The notes beneath the pieces are model-generated. The model saw nothing but the letters and a program-made list of their open reading frames with translations. It was not told the DNA's origin and did no database searches. Below, one piece after another: positions 1 through 30,660 of a stretch of 64,000 nt of DNA. Source of the stretch: Macrostomum lignano (lineage: Eukaryota); contig NIVC01002750.1 in assembly GCA_002269645.1 (NCBI GenBank), forward strand, positions 37,250 to 101,249, written 5' to 3'. Every line of letters begins with the position of its first letter. Positions within the stretch are counted from its first letter, which is position 1. A program made the translations under genes and the position numbers.

Positions 1-176
1 CTCAGTTTAGCTTTTCGTTCAAGGTGAGCACTTAAATTTTATGAAATGTTTTTTTCTGGCGAGCTTGACTGCTCATAGGAGCTCGTATGAGACCTGTATG
101 ACTGCTCATGGTAATAATTCCAGTATCTTATATAAAAATCTAGAATGACTACTCATAGTGATTTCCAATAAATCAT

Positions 177-2252
177 ATGATTCTCTATGACTGCTCATAT
201 AGTGAGTTCCGGTAGCTCACGATTCTCAATGACTGCTCATTGTGAGTTTCGGTAGCTCATCTGATTCTCAATGACTGCTCATTGTGAGTTTCGGTAGCTC
301 ATGATTCTCAATGACTGCTCATTGTGAGTTTCGGTAGCTCATGATTCTCAATGACTGCTCATTGTGAGTTTCGGTAGCTCATGATTCTCAATGACTGCTC
401 ATTGTGAGTTTCGGTAGCTCATGATTCTCAATGACTGCTCATTGTGAGTTTCGGTAGCTCATGATTCTCAATGACTGCTTATTGTGAGTTTCAGTAGCTC
501 ATGATTCTCAATGACTGCTCATTGTGAGTTTCAGTAGCTCATGATTCTATATGACTGCTCATTGTGAGTTTCGGTAGCTCATGATTCTCAATGACTGCTC
601 ATTGTGAGTTTCAGTAGCTCATGATTCTATATGACTGCTCATTGTGAGTTTCGGTAGCTCATGATTCTCAATGACTGCTCATTGTGAGTTTCAGTAGCTC
701 ATGATTCTATATGACTGCTCATTGTGAGTTTCAGTAGCTCATGATTCTATATGACTGCTCATTGTGAGTTTCGGTAGCTCATGATTCTCAATGACTGCTC
801 ATTGTGAGTTTCAGTAGCTCATGATTCTCAATGACTGCTCATTGTGAGTTTCAGTAGCTCATGATTCTCAATGACTGCTCATTGTGAGTTTCAGTAGCTC
901 ATGATTCTCAATGACTGCTCATTGTGAGTTTCAGTAGCTCATGATTCTCAATGACTGCTCATATAGTGAGTTCCGGTAGCTCATGATTCTCAATGACTGC
1001 TCACTGTGAGTTTCAGTAGCTCATGATTCTCAATGACTGCTCATTGTGAGTTTCGGTAGCTCATGATTCTCAATGACTGCTCATTGTGAGTTTCGGTAGC
1101 TCATGATTCTCAATGACTGCTTATTGTGAGTTTCAGTAGCTCATGATTCTCAATGACTGCTCATTGTGAGTTTCAGTAGCTCATGATTCTCAATGACTGC
1201 TCATTGTGAGTTTCAGTAGCTCATGATTCTCAATGACTGCTCATTGTGAGTTTCAGTAGCTCATGATTCTCAATGACTGCTCATATAGTGAGTTCCGGTA
1301 GCTCATGATTCTCAATGACTGCTCACTGTGAGTTTCAGTAGCTCATGATTCTCAATGACTGCTCATTGTGAGTTTCAGTAGCTCATGATTCTATATGACT
1401 GCTCATTGTGAGTTTCAGTAGCTCATGATTCTATATGACTGCTCATTGTGAGTTTCGGTAGCTCATGATTCTCAATGACTGCTCATTGTGAGTTTCAGTA
1501 GCTCATGATTCTATATGACTGCTCATTGTGAGTTTCGGTAGCTCATGATTCTCAATGACTGCTCATTGTGAGTTTCAGTAGCTCATGATTCTCAATGACT
1601 GCTCACTGTGAGTTTCAGTAGCTCATGATTCTCAATGACTGCTCATATAGTGAGTTCCGGTAGCTCATGATTCTCAATGACTTCTCATTCTGAGTTTCGG
1701 TAGCTCATACGATTTTCAATGACTGCTCATATAGTGAGTTCCGGTAGCTCATTATTCTCAATGACTTCTCATTCTGAGTTTCGGTAGCTCATACGATTCT
1801 CAATGACTGCTCATATAGTGAGTTCCTGTAGCTCATACGATTCTCAATGACTGCTCATATAGTGAGTTCCGGTAGCTCATACGATTTTCAATGACTGCTC
1901 ATATAGTGAGTTCCGGTAGCTCATTATTCTCAATGACTGCTCATTCTGAGTTTCGGTAGCTCATACGATTCTCAATGACTGCTCATATAGTGAGTTCCGG
2001 TAGCTCATACGATTCTCAATGACTGCTCATATAGTGAGTTCCGGTAGCTCATACAATTCTCAATGACTGCTCATATAGTGAGTTCCGGTAGCTCATACAA
2101 TTCTCAATGACTGCTCATATAGTGAGTTCCAGTAGCTCATACAATTCTCAATGACTGCTCATATAGTGAGTTCCAGTAGCTCATGCGATTCTCAATGACT
2201 GCTCATATAGTGAGTTCCGGTAGCTCATACAATTCTCAATGACTGCTCATAG
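177..2252. repeat. Intronic minisatellite, 40-44 bp unit (ATGACTGCTCATTGTGAGTTTCRGTAGCTCATGATTCTCA), ~50 copies
   Basis: Directly visible head-to-tail repeats with no spacers. Confidence 0.97.
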
Positions 2253-2309
2253 TCATTGAGCAACTGACCGACTTAATCCGCTCCTAAATCCCCAATCCTA
2301 AACCTGCAG

Positions 2310-21764
<19,455 letters not shown>

Positions 21765-21767
<3 letters not shown>

Positions 21768-21965
21768 CCTCTGCTTGACCTCTGTTTGACCTTGATGTGA
21801 ACTCTGCTTGACCTTGATGTGAACTCTGCTTGACCTTGATGCGAAATCTGCTTAACCTTGATGTGAATTCTGCTTAACCTTGATGCGAAATCTGCTTAAC
21901 CTTGTTGTGAACTCTGCTTGACCTTGACTTCGATTTGACATCTGTTTGACCTTGATGTGACCTTG
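21765..21965. repeat. 11/22 bp periodic repeat starting at the aGPCR stop codon (TGACCTTGATG/TGAACTCTGCT)
   Basis: Directly visible in the presumed 3' UTR. Confidence 0.9.
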
Positions 21966-22468
21966 TTTGTGCCCTCTTTTTTGACCCCCGTGTGTAAGGC
22001 AACTAAGCAATGTGAGGTCTATTAGACAGTCTGATCTGGTATGACCTTATAATATTTATGACCTTTTTTGACAATCGTGGTACACTGCTTACACCAGTTA
22101 AGAGGCTCTTCGCCCATATGCTTCAGCATCACTTTAGAAGGCAAACATGGAATATTATTGTCTTAATGTTGCTTGATAATCTAGATCAATTTCCTAGACT
22201 TTTGTAGACTTTTGTAGTTAAGACATTATTATTTGCTTGTAACAATCGCCCAATCTAGTCATCAATTAATATTTGAAAATAAGTTGATTTGCACAAACTC
22301 CTAAAGTAGCAATGCACCCTGACAGTCACTTGCACATGCCGATCAGAGTCACATTGTAGCAATCGAACTTTGCTAGTGCACCTGCAACTTCACTTCCAAA
22401 ATATAAATCATTTGACCACTAAAGTTCAAAGTGCGGCTTCTGTGAACGTTTTTTCTACTAAATATTTT

Positions 22469-22868
22469 CAGTCAGTCAGTCAGGCAGGCAGTCAGTCAGT
22501 CAGTCAGTTAGTCAGTCAGTCAGGCAGTCAGCCAGTCAGTCAGTCAGTCAGTCAGTCAGTCAGTCAGTCAGTCAGTCAGTCAGCCAGTCAGTCAGTCAGG
22601 CAGGCAGTCAGTCAGTCAGTCAGTCAGGCAGGCAGTCAGTCAGTCAGTCAGTCAGTCAGTCAGTCAGTCAGTCAGTCAGTCAGTCAGTCAGTCAGTCAGT
22701 CAGGCAGGCAGGCAGTCAGGCAGGCAGTCAGTCAGTCAGTCAGTCAGTCAGTCAGTCAGTCAGTCAGTCAGTCAGTCAGTCAGTCAGGCAGGCAGGCAGT
22801 CAGTCAGGCAGTCAGTCAGGCAGTCAGTCAGGCAGTCAGGCAGTCAGTCAGGCAGTCAGTCAGTCAGT
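22469..22868. repeat. (CAGT)n/(CAGG)n microsatellite
   Basis: Directly visible. Confidence 0.97.
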
Positions 22869-23188
22869 AAAAATGAACCATGAAAGTTAGTGAGATGGTT
22901 AGTTAACGCATATTTCAGGTCAGAGAAACTTTACTTTGCATGCTCAGGCTAAGACACAAATATGAATGAAAACAAACCTAAAAACTTTTCCGCATAGCAG
23001 ACTCGGGAAAAAGTGGAAAAAAGCGGTCACTCCTGCAAGAAATGATTCTGGAGAAAAAGAATACCTAACATCTTGTACGCGGCCTTACGGCTGAGCCAAT
23101 AAAAAGTGGTACATGACTATCCTTAACCCAGTACCTTTAAATCTGCAGGGAACTCATCTAATACCATCTCTATTGGGTTAGTTGCAGT

Positions 23189-25699
23189 CTACAATCCCGG
23201 AACATTGTCCAACTGCTGGCCTCTCTTGAACTGCCCAAAGCGCCTCTGCTCAGCGCGGCTAGCAGTTCTCTTCGGCCCCTGCGGTCGTCGGGCGGTTGTC
23301 AAGGCGTTCTCCAGGTCGAAGCGGAGAACCTCATCGTCTGCTCCTGCTGAACCGCCGCTGAAGCTCTGAGAATGCCGCAGTCGGGTCTGCAGCAGCTGTC
23401 CCAAGGCTGTGCCCACGAACTCCGGCTTCACCGTGGCGTTGTCCTCGTCGATGCGATGCTGACCGACCTCGTCAGATTCAGCAGCCTGCGTCAATGGCGT
23501 CGAGTACGCTGACAGGCCACGACAGGGTTCGTCCAGCGGCTGACGATGTCCCTGCAGTGAGCTGACCGACAGTCGACGGCGCTGCCGAGGCACAGGAGGA
23601 GACTGCGGCGGCGGCAGACAGCGAAGCGTCGAGGCGGCGGCCGGTGCCGGGCCCCCCATTCGACGCTGTCGGGGCGTCGGTGTCGGGACGGGAGAACGCG
23701 GCTGAGTTAGCGGCGGCTGAGGCGGGCGGGAGGCGGATCCGGGCGGCTGACCGACGGCTGCGTTGCAATTGCGGAGCTTCATCTGCTGGCTACCTGCTGG
23801 GGCAGTTCAGCGACCCGTCTCAATAATCATGTACTTTTACCTCTTTCATGTTCAGAGACATGCTTCATGTTCAGAGACATGCTTCATGTTCAGAGACATG
23901 CTTCATGTTCAGAGATATGCTTCATGTTCAGAGACATGCTTCATGTTCAGAGACATGCTTCATGTTCAGAGACATGCTTCATGTTCAGAGACATGCTTCA
24001 TGTTCAGAGACATGCTTCATGTTCAGAGACATGCTTCATGTTCAGAGACATGCTTCATGTTCAGAGACATGCTTCATGTTCAGAGACATGCTTCATGTTC
24101 AGAGACATGCTTCATGTTCAGAGACATGCTTCATGTTCAGAGACATGCTTCATGTTCAGAGACATGCTTCATGTTCAGAGACATGCTTCATGTTCAGAGA
24201 CATGCTTCATGTTCAGAGACATGCTTCATGTTCAGAGACATGCTTCATGTTCAGAGACATGCTTCATGTTCAGAGACATGCTTCATGTTCAGAGACATGC
24301 TTCATGTTCAGAGACATGCTTCATGTTCAGAGACATGCTTCATGTTCAGAGACATGCTTCATGTTCAGAGACATGCTTCATGTTCAGAGACATGCTTCAT
24401 GTTCAGAGACATGCTTCATGTTCAGAGACATGCTTCATGTTCAGAGACATGCTTCATGTTCAGAGACATGCTTCATGTTCAGAGACATGCTTCATGTTCA
24501 GAGACATGCTTCATGTTCAGAGACATGCTTCATGTTCAGAGACATGCTTCATGTTCAGAGACATGCTTCATGTTCAGAGACATGCTTCATGTTCAGAGAC
24601 ATGCTTCAGTATAAACACTGATGCATTCAGATTGGAGACAAAAATTACCAGACGGAGCGGGCTGGGCTCTCTGACGGTTCAAGGACGCGGATCGGCGGTC
24701 AGTTCGAGGCTTCGGCACGGGCGGCTTGGCAGTCAGGAACACCGCCGTCTCCGCCTCGGGCTCCGCGGCTGTCTCCTCCTCTGAGAAGTCCGTCAGCAGC
24801 AGCTGGTTGCGCATCGTCGGTCGCGGGGTCGCAGCGGTGGCAGGTGGCGGCAGCTTCTGCTGGCAGCTCGCGGTGTTGCTGGGCGAGTCCAAGCTGAAGT
24901 GGACGGACTTGCCGCCGGAACCGCCGCCTCCGCTCCAGGCCTGCAGGAGGTCTTCAGCCAGACCCGCAGTCGAAGCCACCGAAGTCTTCGGTCCTGGTCT
25001 CGGCTGGTGCTGCTGCGGTAGACTCGACCAGCAGTCGGCAGCCTTGGAGTTGCTGTCACCCAGTTTGCTGTTGGGCCGGCAGTGAAGCTGGATGGCTTGA
25101 GCCAGCAGCTGCTCGACCTCCTCGCGAGTGCCGTAGAAACCGCTGTGCATCAGCATGGAGACGTCCAGCTGCTCGGCCCGCTGCTGCTGCTGCTGCTGCT
25201 GCTTCTGGTGCTGCTGCAGGATGGCGGACGCGCTGACGTCTTGGAGAGCGGCGCTGCAGCCAGCCGACTGCAGGTGACTTCCGCCACCGCCTCCGAACAG
25301 CTGGAGACCCGGCCCGGATGTGGATGTGAAGGCGGTGCCGCCGCAGGAGAGCGAATTCTGCAGCTGCTGGTGCTGCGGCTCCTCTGCACAGAACAAGTCC
25401 TCGTCCGCCATCTGGCGAAGCTGAAAATCCAACTTAGGGTTCTCCATGTCCAGAAGGCACTGCTGCTCCCTTTGAGACTGTTGTTGCTGCTGCTGCACCG
25501 ACGACTCTCTGAGTCCTGCAGATCCAGCAAATTTAGCAACTGCAGCTCGACGCTTCAGCAGGTAGCCGCGGTGTCGACTGGCTCCGACTCCGCTGCCGTA
25601 GCCCTTCTTTGTTAGGGACGACACCCGCACCGCAGTCTTTGTTCTGTCCGCTGCGACTGCGCTGCGAAAGGTGCCGGTATCTGAAGTGCGTTCAACCAT
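23189..25699 (-). CDS. Unknown low-complexity (Q/S/A/P-rich) protein, two exons 25699-24649 and 23793-23189, ~551 aa
   Basis: GC-rich open frames; ATG in gccATGg context at 25699 downstream of a TTGCAG acceptor (25724); phase-1 GTAATT donor at 24648 joins phase-1 CAG acceptor at 23794 (...PAPS-G-SQQMKLRN...). Upstream coding exons cannot be excluded. No recognisable domain. Confidence 0.7.
23846..24607. repeat. Near-perfect intronic minisatellite, 19 bp unit (CATGTTCAGAGACATGCTT), ~40 copies
   Basis: Directly visible; only one variant unit noticed (~23913). Confidence 0.98.
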
Positions 25700-25885
25700 G
25701 GCTAGCTTTGAGTTTTTCAATGACTGCAACTGAGCTCAATGCAGCTGTATGGACTCAATGCTCAGCTGGTAAAAAGGAAGCCAATTTATGGGAATTCCTG
25801 ATTAAATATCTATGGTTTTCTAGACTCGTCTAATATGCAAAAACTCGGGGAGCTTGTCTCTGCTCACAAAGACCGCAATGGTCGC

Positions 25886-26685
25886 ACATCTATGAGACAG
25901 TGGTGTCATCTATGAGACAGTGGCGTCCGTCTATGAGACAGTCAGTCAGTCAGACAGTCAGACAGTCAGTCAGTCAGACAATCAGTCACTATGAGACAGT
26001 GGCATCCATCTATGAGACAGTGGTGTCATCTATGAGACAGTGGCGTCCGTCTATGAGACAGTCAGTCAGACAGACAGTCAGACAGTCAGACAGTCAGTCA
26101 GTCAGACAATCAGTCACTATGAGACAGTGGCGTCCGTCTATGAGACAGTGGCTCCGTCTATGAGACAGTGGAGTCCGTCTATGAGACAATGGCGTCCGTC
26201 TATGAGACAGTGGCGTCCGTCTATGAGACAGTGGCGTCCGTCTATGAGACAATGGCGTCCGTCTATGAGACAATGGCGTCCGTCTATGAGACAGTGGCGT
26301 CCATCTATGAGACAGTGGCGTCCGTCTATGAGACAGGGGCGCCCATCTATGAGACAGGGGCGTCCATCTATGAGACAGTGGCCTCTATCTATGAGACAAT
26401 GGCGTCCGTCTATGAGACAGTGGCCTCTATCTATGAGACAATGGCGTCCGTCTTTGAGACAATGGCGTCCGTCTATGAGACAATGGGGTCCGTCTATGAG
26501 ACAGTGGCGCCCGTCTATGAGACAGTGGCGCCCGTCTATGAGACAGTGGCGCCCGTCTATGAGACAGTGGCGCCCATCTATGAGACAGTGGCGTCCATCT
26601 ATGAGACAGTGGCCTCTATCTATGAGACAGTGGCGTCCATCTATGAGACAGTGGCGTCCATCTATGAGACAGGGGCGCCCACAAA
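25886..26685. repeat. Minisatellite, 21 bp unit (TCTATGAGACAGTGGCGTCCG) mixed with (CAGT)n
   Basis: Directly visible. Confidence 0.95.
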
Positions 26686-27149
26686 AGACACCAATACCAC
26701 TAAAAATTTGTTTCTCCAATTACACCAAACAAAGTGTCTCAATTTAAATAAAATTAACTATCAAAAGCATCGCGATATAACAGTTCATGAAAATGTTCAA
26801 TCCTGAAACAGTTTGCTTTAGTGCTCCTTGTTTTACGAGATATATTATAATAAAAATTGAATGCATTCACAACCATTGCTTGAACGGGCAAGCAATAAAC
26901 AGCAAAGCGGTAGCGGTAAGGTAGGAGAATTCAAAAACATTTCGATGCCTTTTAGGGTGAAGAAAAATGCTTACATTCTTCTTGATCTTCTACTAAAAGT
27001 AGTCGGTCAGTATTTTCTACAGAATAATTGAACTATTAATTTAATCATCGAATAAAATTAATTTGAAAATCGTAGCTTCTTCTATCTCTTAATTCTACCT
27101 GATGGAATTAAGCCAGTTTTTGTATCGGGACTCGGGAGGCAAACCTTGG

Positions 27150-28045
27150 TGGGGCGTCTCTTTAGTTGGAGCCTCTGTCTCTCTAGTTGGAGCCTCTGTC
27201 TCTTTAGTTGGAGCCTCTGTCTCTTTAGTTGGAGCCTCTGTCTCTTTAGTTGGAGCCTCTGTCTCTTTAGTTGGAGCCTCTGTCTCTTTAGTTGGAGCCT
27301 CTGTCTCTTTAGTTGGAGCCTCTGTCTCTTTAGTTGGAGCCTCTGTCTCTTTAGTTGGAGCCTCTGTCTCTTTAGTTGGAGCCTCTGTCTCTTTAGTTGG
27401 AGCCTCTGTCTCTTTAGTTGGAGCCTCTGTCTCTTTAGTTGGAGCCTCTGTCTCTTTAGTTGGAACCTCTGTCTCTTTAGTTGGAACCTCTGTCTCTTTA
27501 GTTGGAGCCTCTGTCTCTTTAGTTGGAGCCTCTGTCTCTTTAGTTGGAGCCCGTGTCTCTTTAGTCGGAGCCTCTGTCTCTTGGTGGGCACTCCTGTCTC
27601 TTGGTGGGCGCTCCTGTCTCTTGGTGGGCACTCCTGTCTCTTGGTGGGCACTCCTGTCTCTTGGTGGGCGCTCCTGTCTCCTGGTGGGCGCTCCTGTCTC
27701 TTGGTGGGCGCTCCTGTCTCCTGGTGGGCGCCCCTGTCTCTTGGTGGGCGCCCCTGTCTCTTGGTGGGCGCCCCTGTCTCTTGGTGGGCGCCCCTGTCTC
27801 TCGGTGGGCGCCCCTGTCTCTTGGTGGGCGCCCCTGTCTCTTGGTGGGCGCCCCTGTCTCTCGGTGGGCGCCCCTGTCTCTTGGTGGGCGCCCCTGTCTC
27901 TTGGTTGGCCCCCCCCTGTCTCTTGGTGGGCGCCCCTGTCTCTTGGTGGGCGCCCCTGTCTCTTGGTGGGCGCCCCTGTCTCTTGGTGGGCGCCCCTGTC
28001 TCTTGGTGGGCGCCCCTGTCTCTTGGTGGGCGCCCCTGTCTCGGG
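27150..28045. repeat. Compound minisatellite: 21 bp (TTTAGTTGGAGCCTCTGTCTC) grading into 20 bp (TTGGTGGGCGCCCCTGTCTC)
   Basis: Directly visible. Confidence 0.96.
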
Positions 28046-28741
28046 GGGTCTCCCTGCCCCTGGTTCATAGGCCGGATGGGATGCCTCGTCCAAGAGGTTA
28101 TCAAAAGTTGAGCTCCTGTGATTCGTCAAGCTTGATTTCCTCTTTGATTTTGTTTTTGTGGTGGTGATATCGGGGTGGGACGTAAGTACCCCTGCGTATG
28201 CCACTACATTCGATCAAAATGGTTTCGGTTTGACAATTTTACATGTTTGTTTGGCAGGAGGTAAATGTAGTAAAAGAGATGACGCAGCATGGATTCTGGG
28301 CCTTCCTGACTGACCAGACCAAACGCGAATTCATTTCTTTCTTTCTTTCTTTCGTTTTTTCTTTCTTCCATTCTTGAGCACGCAGCCATAGAATGAAGCA
28401 CTAAGGACGGCTTCCATTTTGTTAACCTCCAACCCTTTCTCACTCTTCTAGCCTCTCTCTCTCTCTATCTCTCTCTCTCTCGTTCTAGGCTCCAACTAGT
28501 TGAAGCAATATGACAGCCAGTTGCATTGCTATTGTGCGTCCCGACTCCCTCCCCCCCCCTTGCGAGTGCACACGCGGTCAGTATAGTTGGGGTGGCTGGT
28601 TGGAGCCTTTGAAGACAAACAGCTAATAATATTTGTGTGTATGCTCTGCTCGGCAGCTGGGTTAGAGAGCTAAACAGCAGGAAAAAAAGCAAAATTAAAC
28701 CGGCTTGAAACTCGGCACGATTGAAACTTCTACAGCAGCAT

Positions 28742-29313
28742 ATGCATAAGATGCAGAACCGATTTTCATCAATTATACTCCTACTATTGGCATTGGCATC
28801 AACAACTGGAGTGCTAGGCCTCAGCTGCTACATCTGCAACAGTCTGGTTGACAAGAACTGCGAAGTGGACCCATCGGCTGACTACAAGGTGAATTGTTCA
28901 GTCGGCAGAACCGTTGGGCCGGACAGAATTGCGGTGCCCAATGCTCAAGTCTGCTGGAAGCAGTCGCAGGACAGTGAGTTATTAATATGTGTTAATTAAT
29001 CCTTATTTTATATAATACGTGCATACGTGATGTAAATTACAGTAGTAGTATAGTTAGAATATTTCGCATTTATTTAAACTATTGTTTCATTCCAGTCGAA
29101 GGCCTGACTATCGTTGACCGAACCTGCGGATCCGCGGTTGAGAACAAAAATAACTGCTACGATCGGGTTGGCACTAAGAAGATCAAGATCAAGTACTGCT
29201 CATGCAGTACTCAGGATTGCAACTCGGCCAACAACGGATTCGACAGCTCGGCTCGGCTGATGACAGCGGCCGTTGCTGCTGTCGCTGTTGTTTTCAAATT
29301 TTCTAGCTTATAA
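28742..29313 (+). CDS. GPI-anchored Ly6/uPAR three-finger protein, quiver/sleepless-like; exons 28742-28973 and 29096-29313
   Basis: Signal peptide (SIILLLLALASTTGVLG), LSCYIC start, 10 Cys after phase-1 splicing, terminal YCSCSTQDCNSA motif, then omega-like small residues and hydrophobic tail (LMTAAVAAVAVVFKFSSL*). Confidence 0.9.
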
Positions 29314-30660
29314 TAACAATATGTTAACAAGTTACTTGACTAATTTACATGTAGCATCTGACAGAGGGTAGCGATTAGTGTGCATCCATCTATTATAATT
29401 ATCCGAAATAATTACCTACACGCTTAGATTCATCTCGATAAAATATTATTTTGACGAAGTAGTTACTAAGATTTAGGCAAAAATAACAGAATAATGTACG
29501 TTCACTGAACCTGCAGAGTACGACCCCATAGCTCTCTTGCCTTCCATACTAACATCAAAATCAATAAATACACGACTTATTTGTCTCAAAGCTGAATAAC
29601 ATTAATAAATGGTTGAAAAAGCGATTTGCGTTCGTCTAACTTAACGTTAATTTTGTTTAAATGAAGATTTTCCAATTTAGAAGCAGAATGAGACAGACAC
29701 TCGAGTTTCTCCACAGAATTTGTCTATGGCGAAACCCCATTGAGTGCTATGCGATCTCTTAAATCGTATGTATATTATAGCTCGAAGCGTCCTTCACTGC
29801 AGTTATCCATGGTTAAAAAAAGTTAGGATAGAGCTACAGATGTACAGATTAAGTAATGCAGTCAGGAAAAATAAGCAGCCTAATAAAGTTAATCGGCGTA
29901 ATTATATCGTGAAGTTAACGTGCTGGAATAAGAAAATTTAAACACACGGATAAGTGCAGACTCGATCTAATCTTTTAGCAATAAGCAAGTGCGAATAGGT
30001 TCGAAAACGATCGCTGTTAAGAAATAAGCACAGACAGGATGCTGGAGTGACAGAATGCTGGCGGAGCAGTCTGTAGGCTCTGATAATCCAGAAGTATCGC
30101 TGTCATATTTGATGTAACTAGCTGGTATCGTCCAGAGTTAGGACAGCAAGTCTCCGCCGGTGGGTCGATCGTCGGCACGGTCCCGGGAGTAGAGTAGAGT
30201 CGCGAGCGGTGCATTGTAGCTAGCTAGCTTGCGTAAGAACCAAAGCAGGAGTGCAAGGACCCAGATGGCTGAAGACTTTGAATTCAAAATGTCAACAGTT
30301 TATAAACATGTAGAATCCCAAAGTCGGTCACGTGACGCACTCCAAGGTCGTTGCCATGACACCTCTCTTCGATTGGACACCGGTGCCTTAGCGTCACTGT
30401 ACTGTAACTAAAAAAAGAAATATCTCGAGAGGATCGCGTGCAAAAGTAAGGAAAATTGAGGAAGAATATGGGGATTGGTTGCCCAGACAATGTAGGCTCC
30501 GTTCCAATTAAAATAGGAATGAAGCTCTACGGTCTCCAGAAGGTGCAGATGAAAATATTCAATCAATTTTTATTTAATTTTTTTTGTCAGAAGCAAACCC
30601 TTAATTCCTGTACTGTGTCCTCATGATTCTTGATCTGCACATGAAGAAAAGTCTGCACAT

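Noticed and set aside
23763-24784. Long ORFs in three frames (MFRDMLHVQRHASCSETC...)
   Set aside because: Artefact of a stop-free 19 bp repeat lying inside a GT-AG intron of the minus-strand gene.
25900-26806. (YETVASV)n and (MRQWRPS)n ORFs
   Set aside because: 21 bp minisatellite translation artefacts.
27082-28204. Mucin-like (KETEAPT)n 369 aa ORF and overlapping ORFs
   Set aside because: Several frames on both strands are open because the repeats lack stops; no ATG start or signal peptide; the 20 bp part cycles through frames. Coding cannot be fully excluded without RNA data.
30310-30390. Diverged ~80 bp repeat shared with 57790-57870
   Set aside because: Real but too short to classify; likely a common interspersed repeat fragment.
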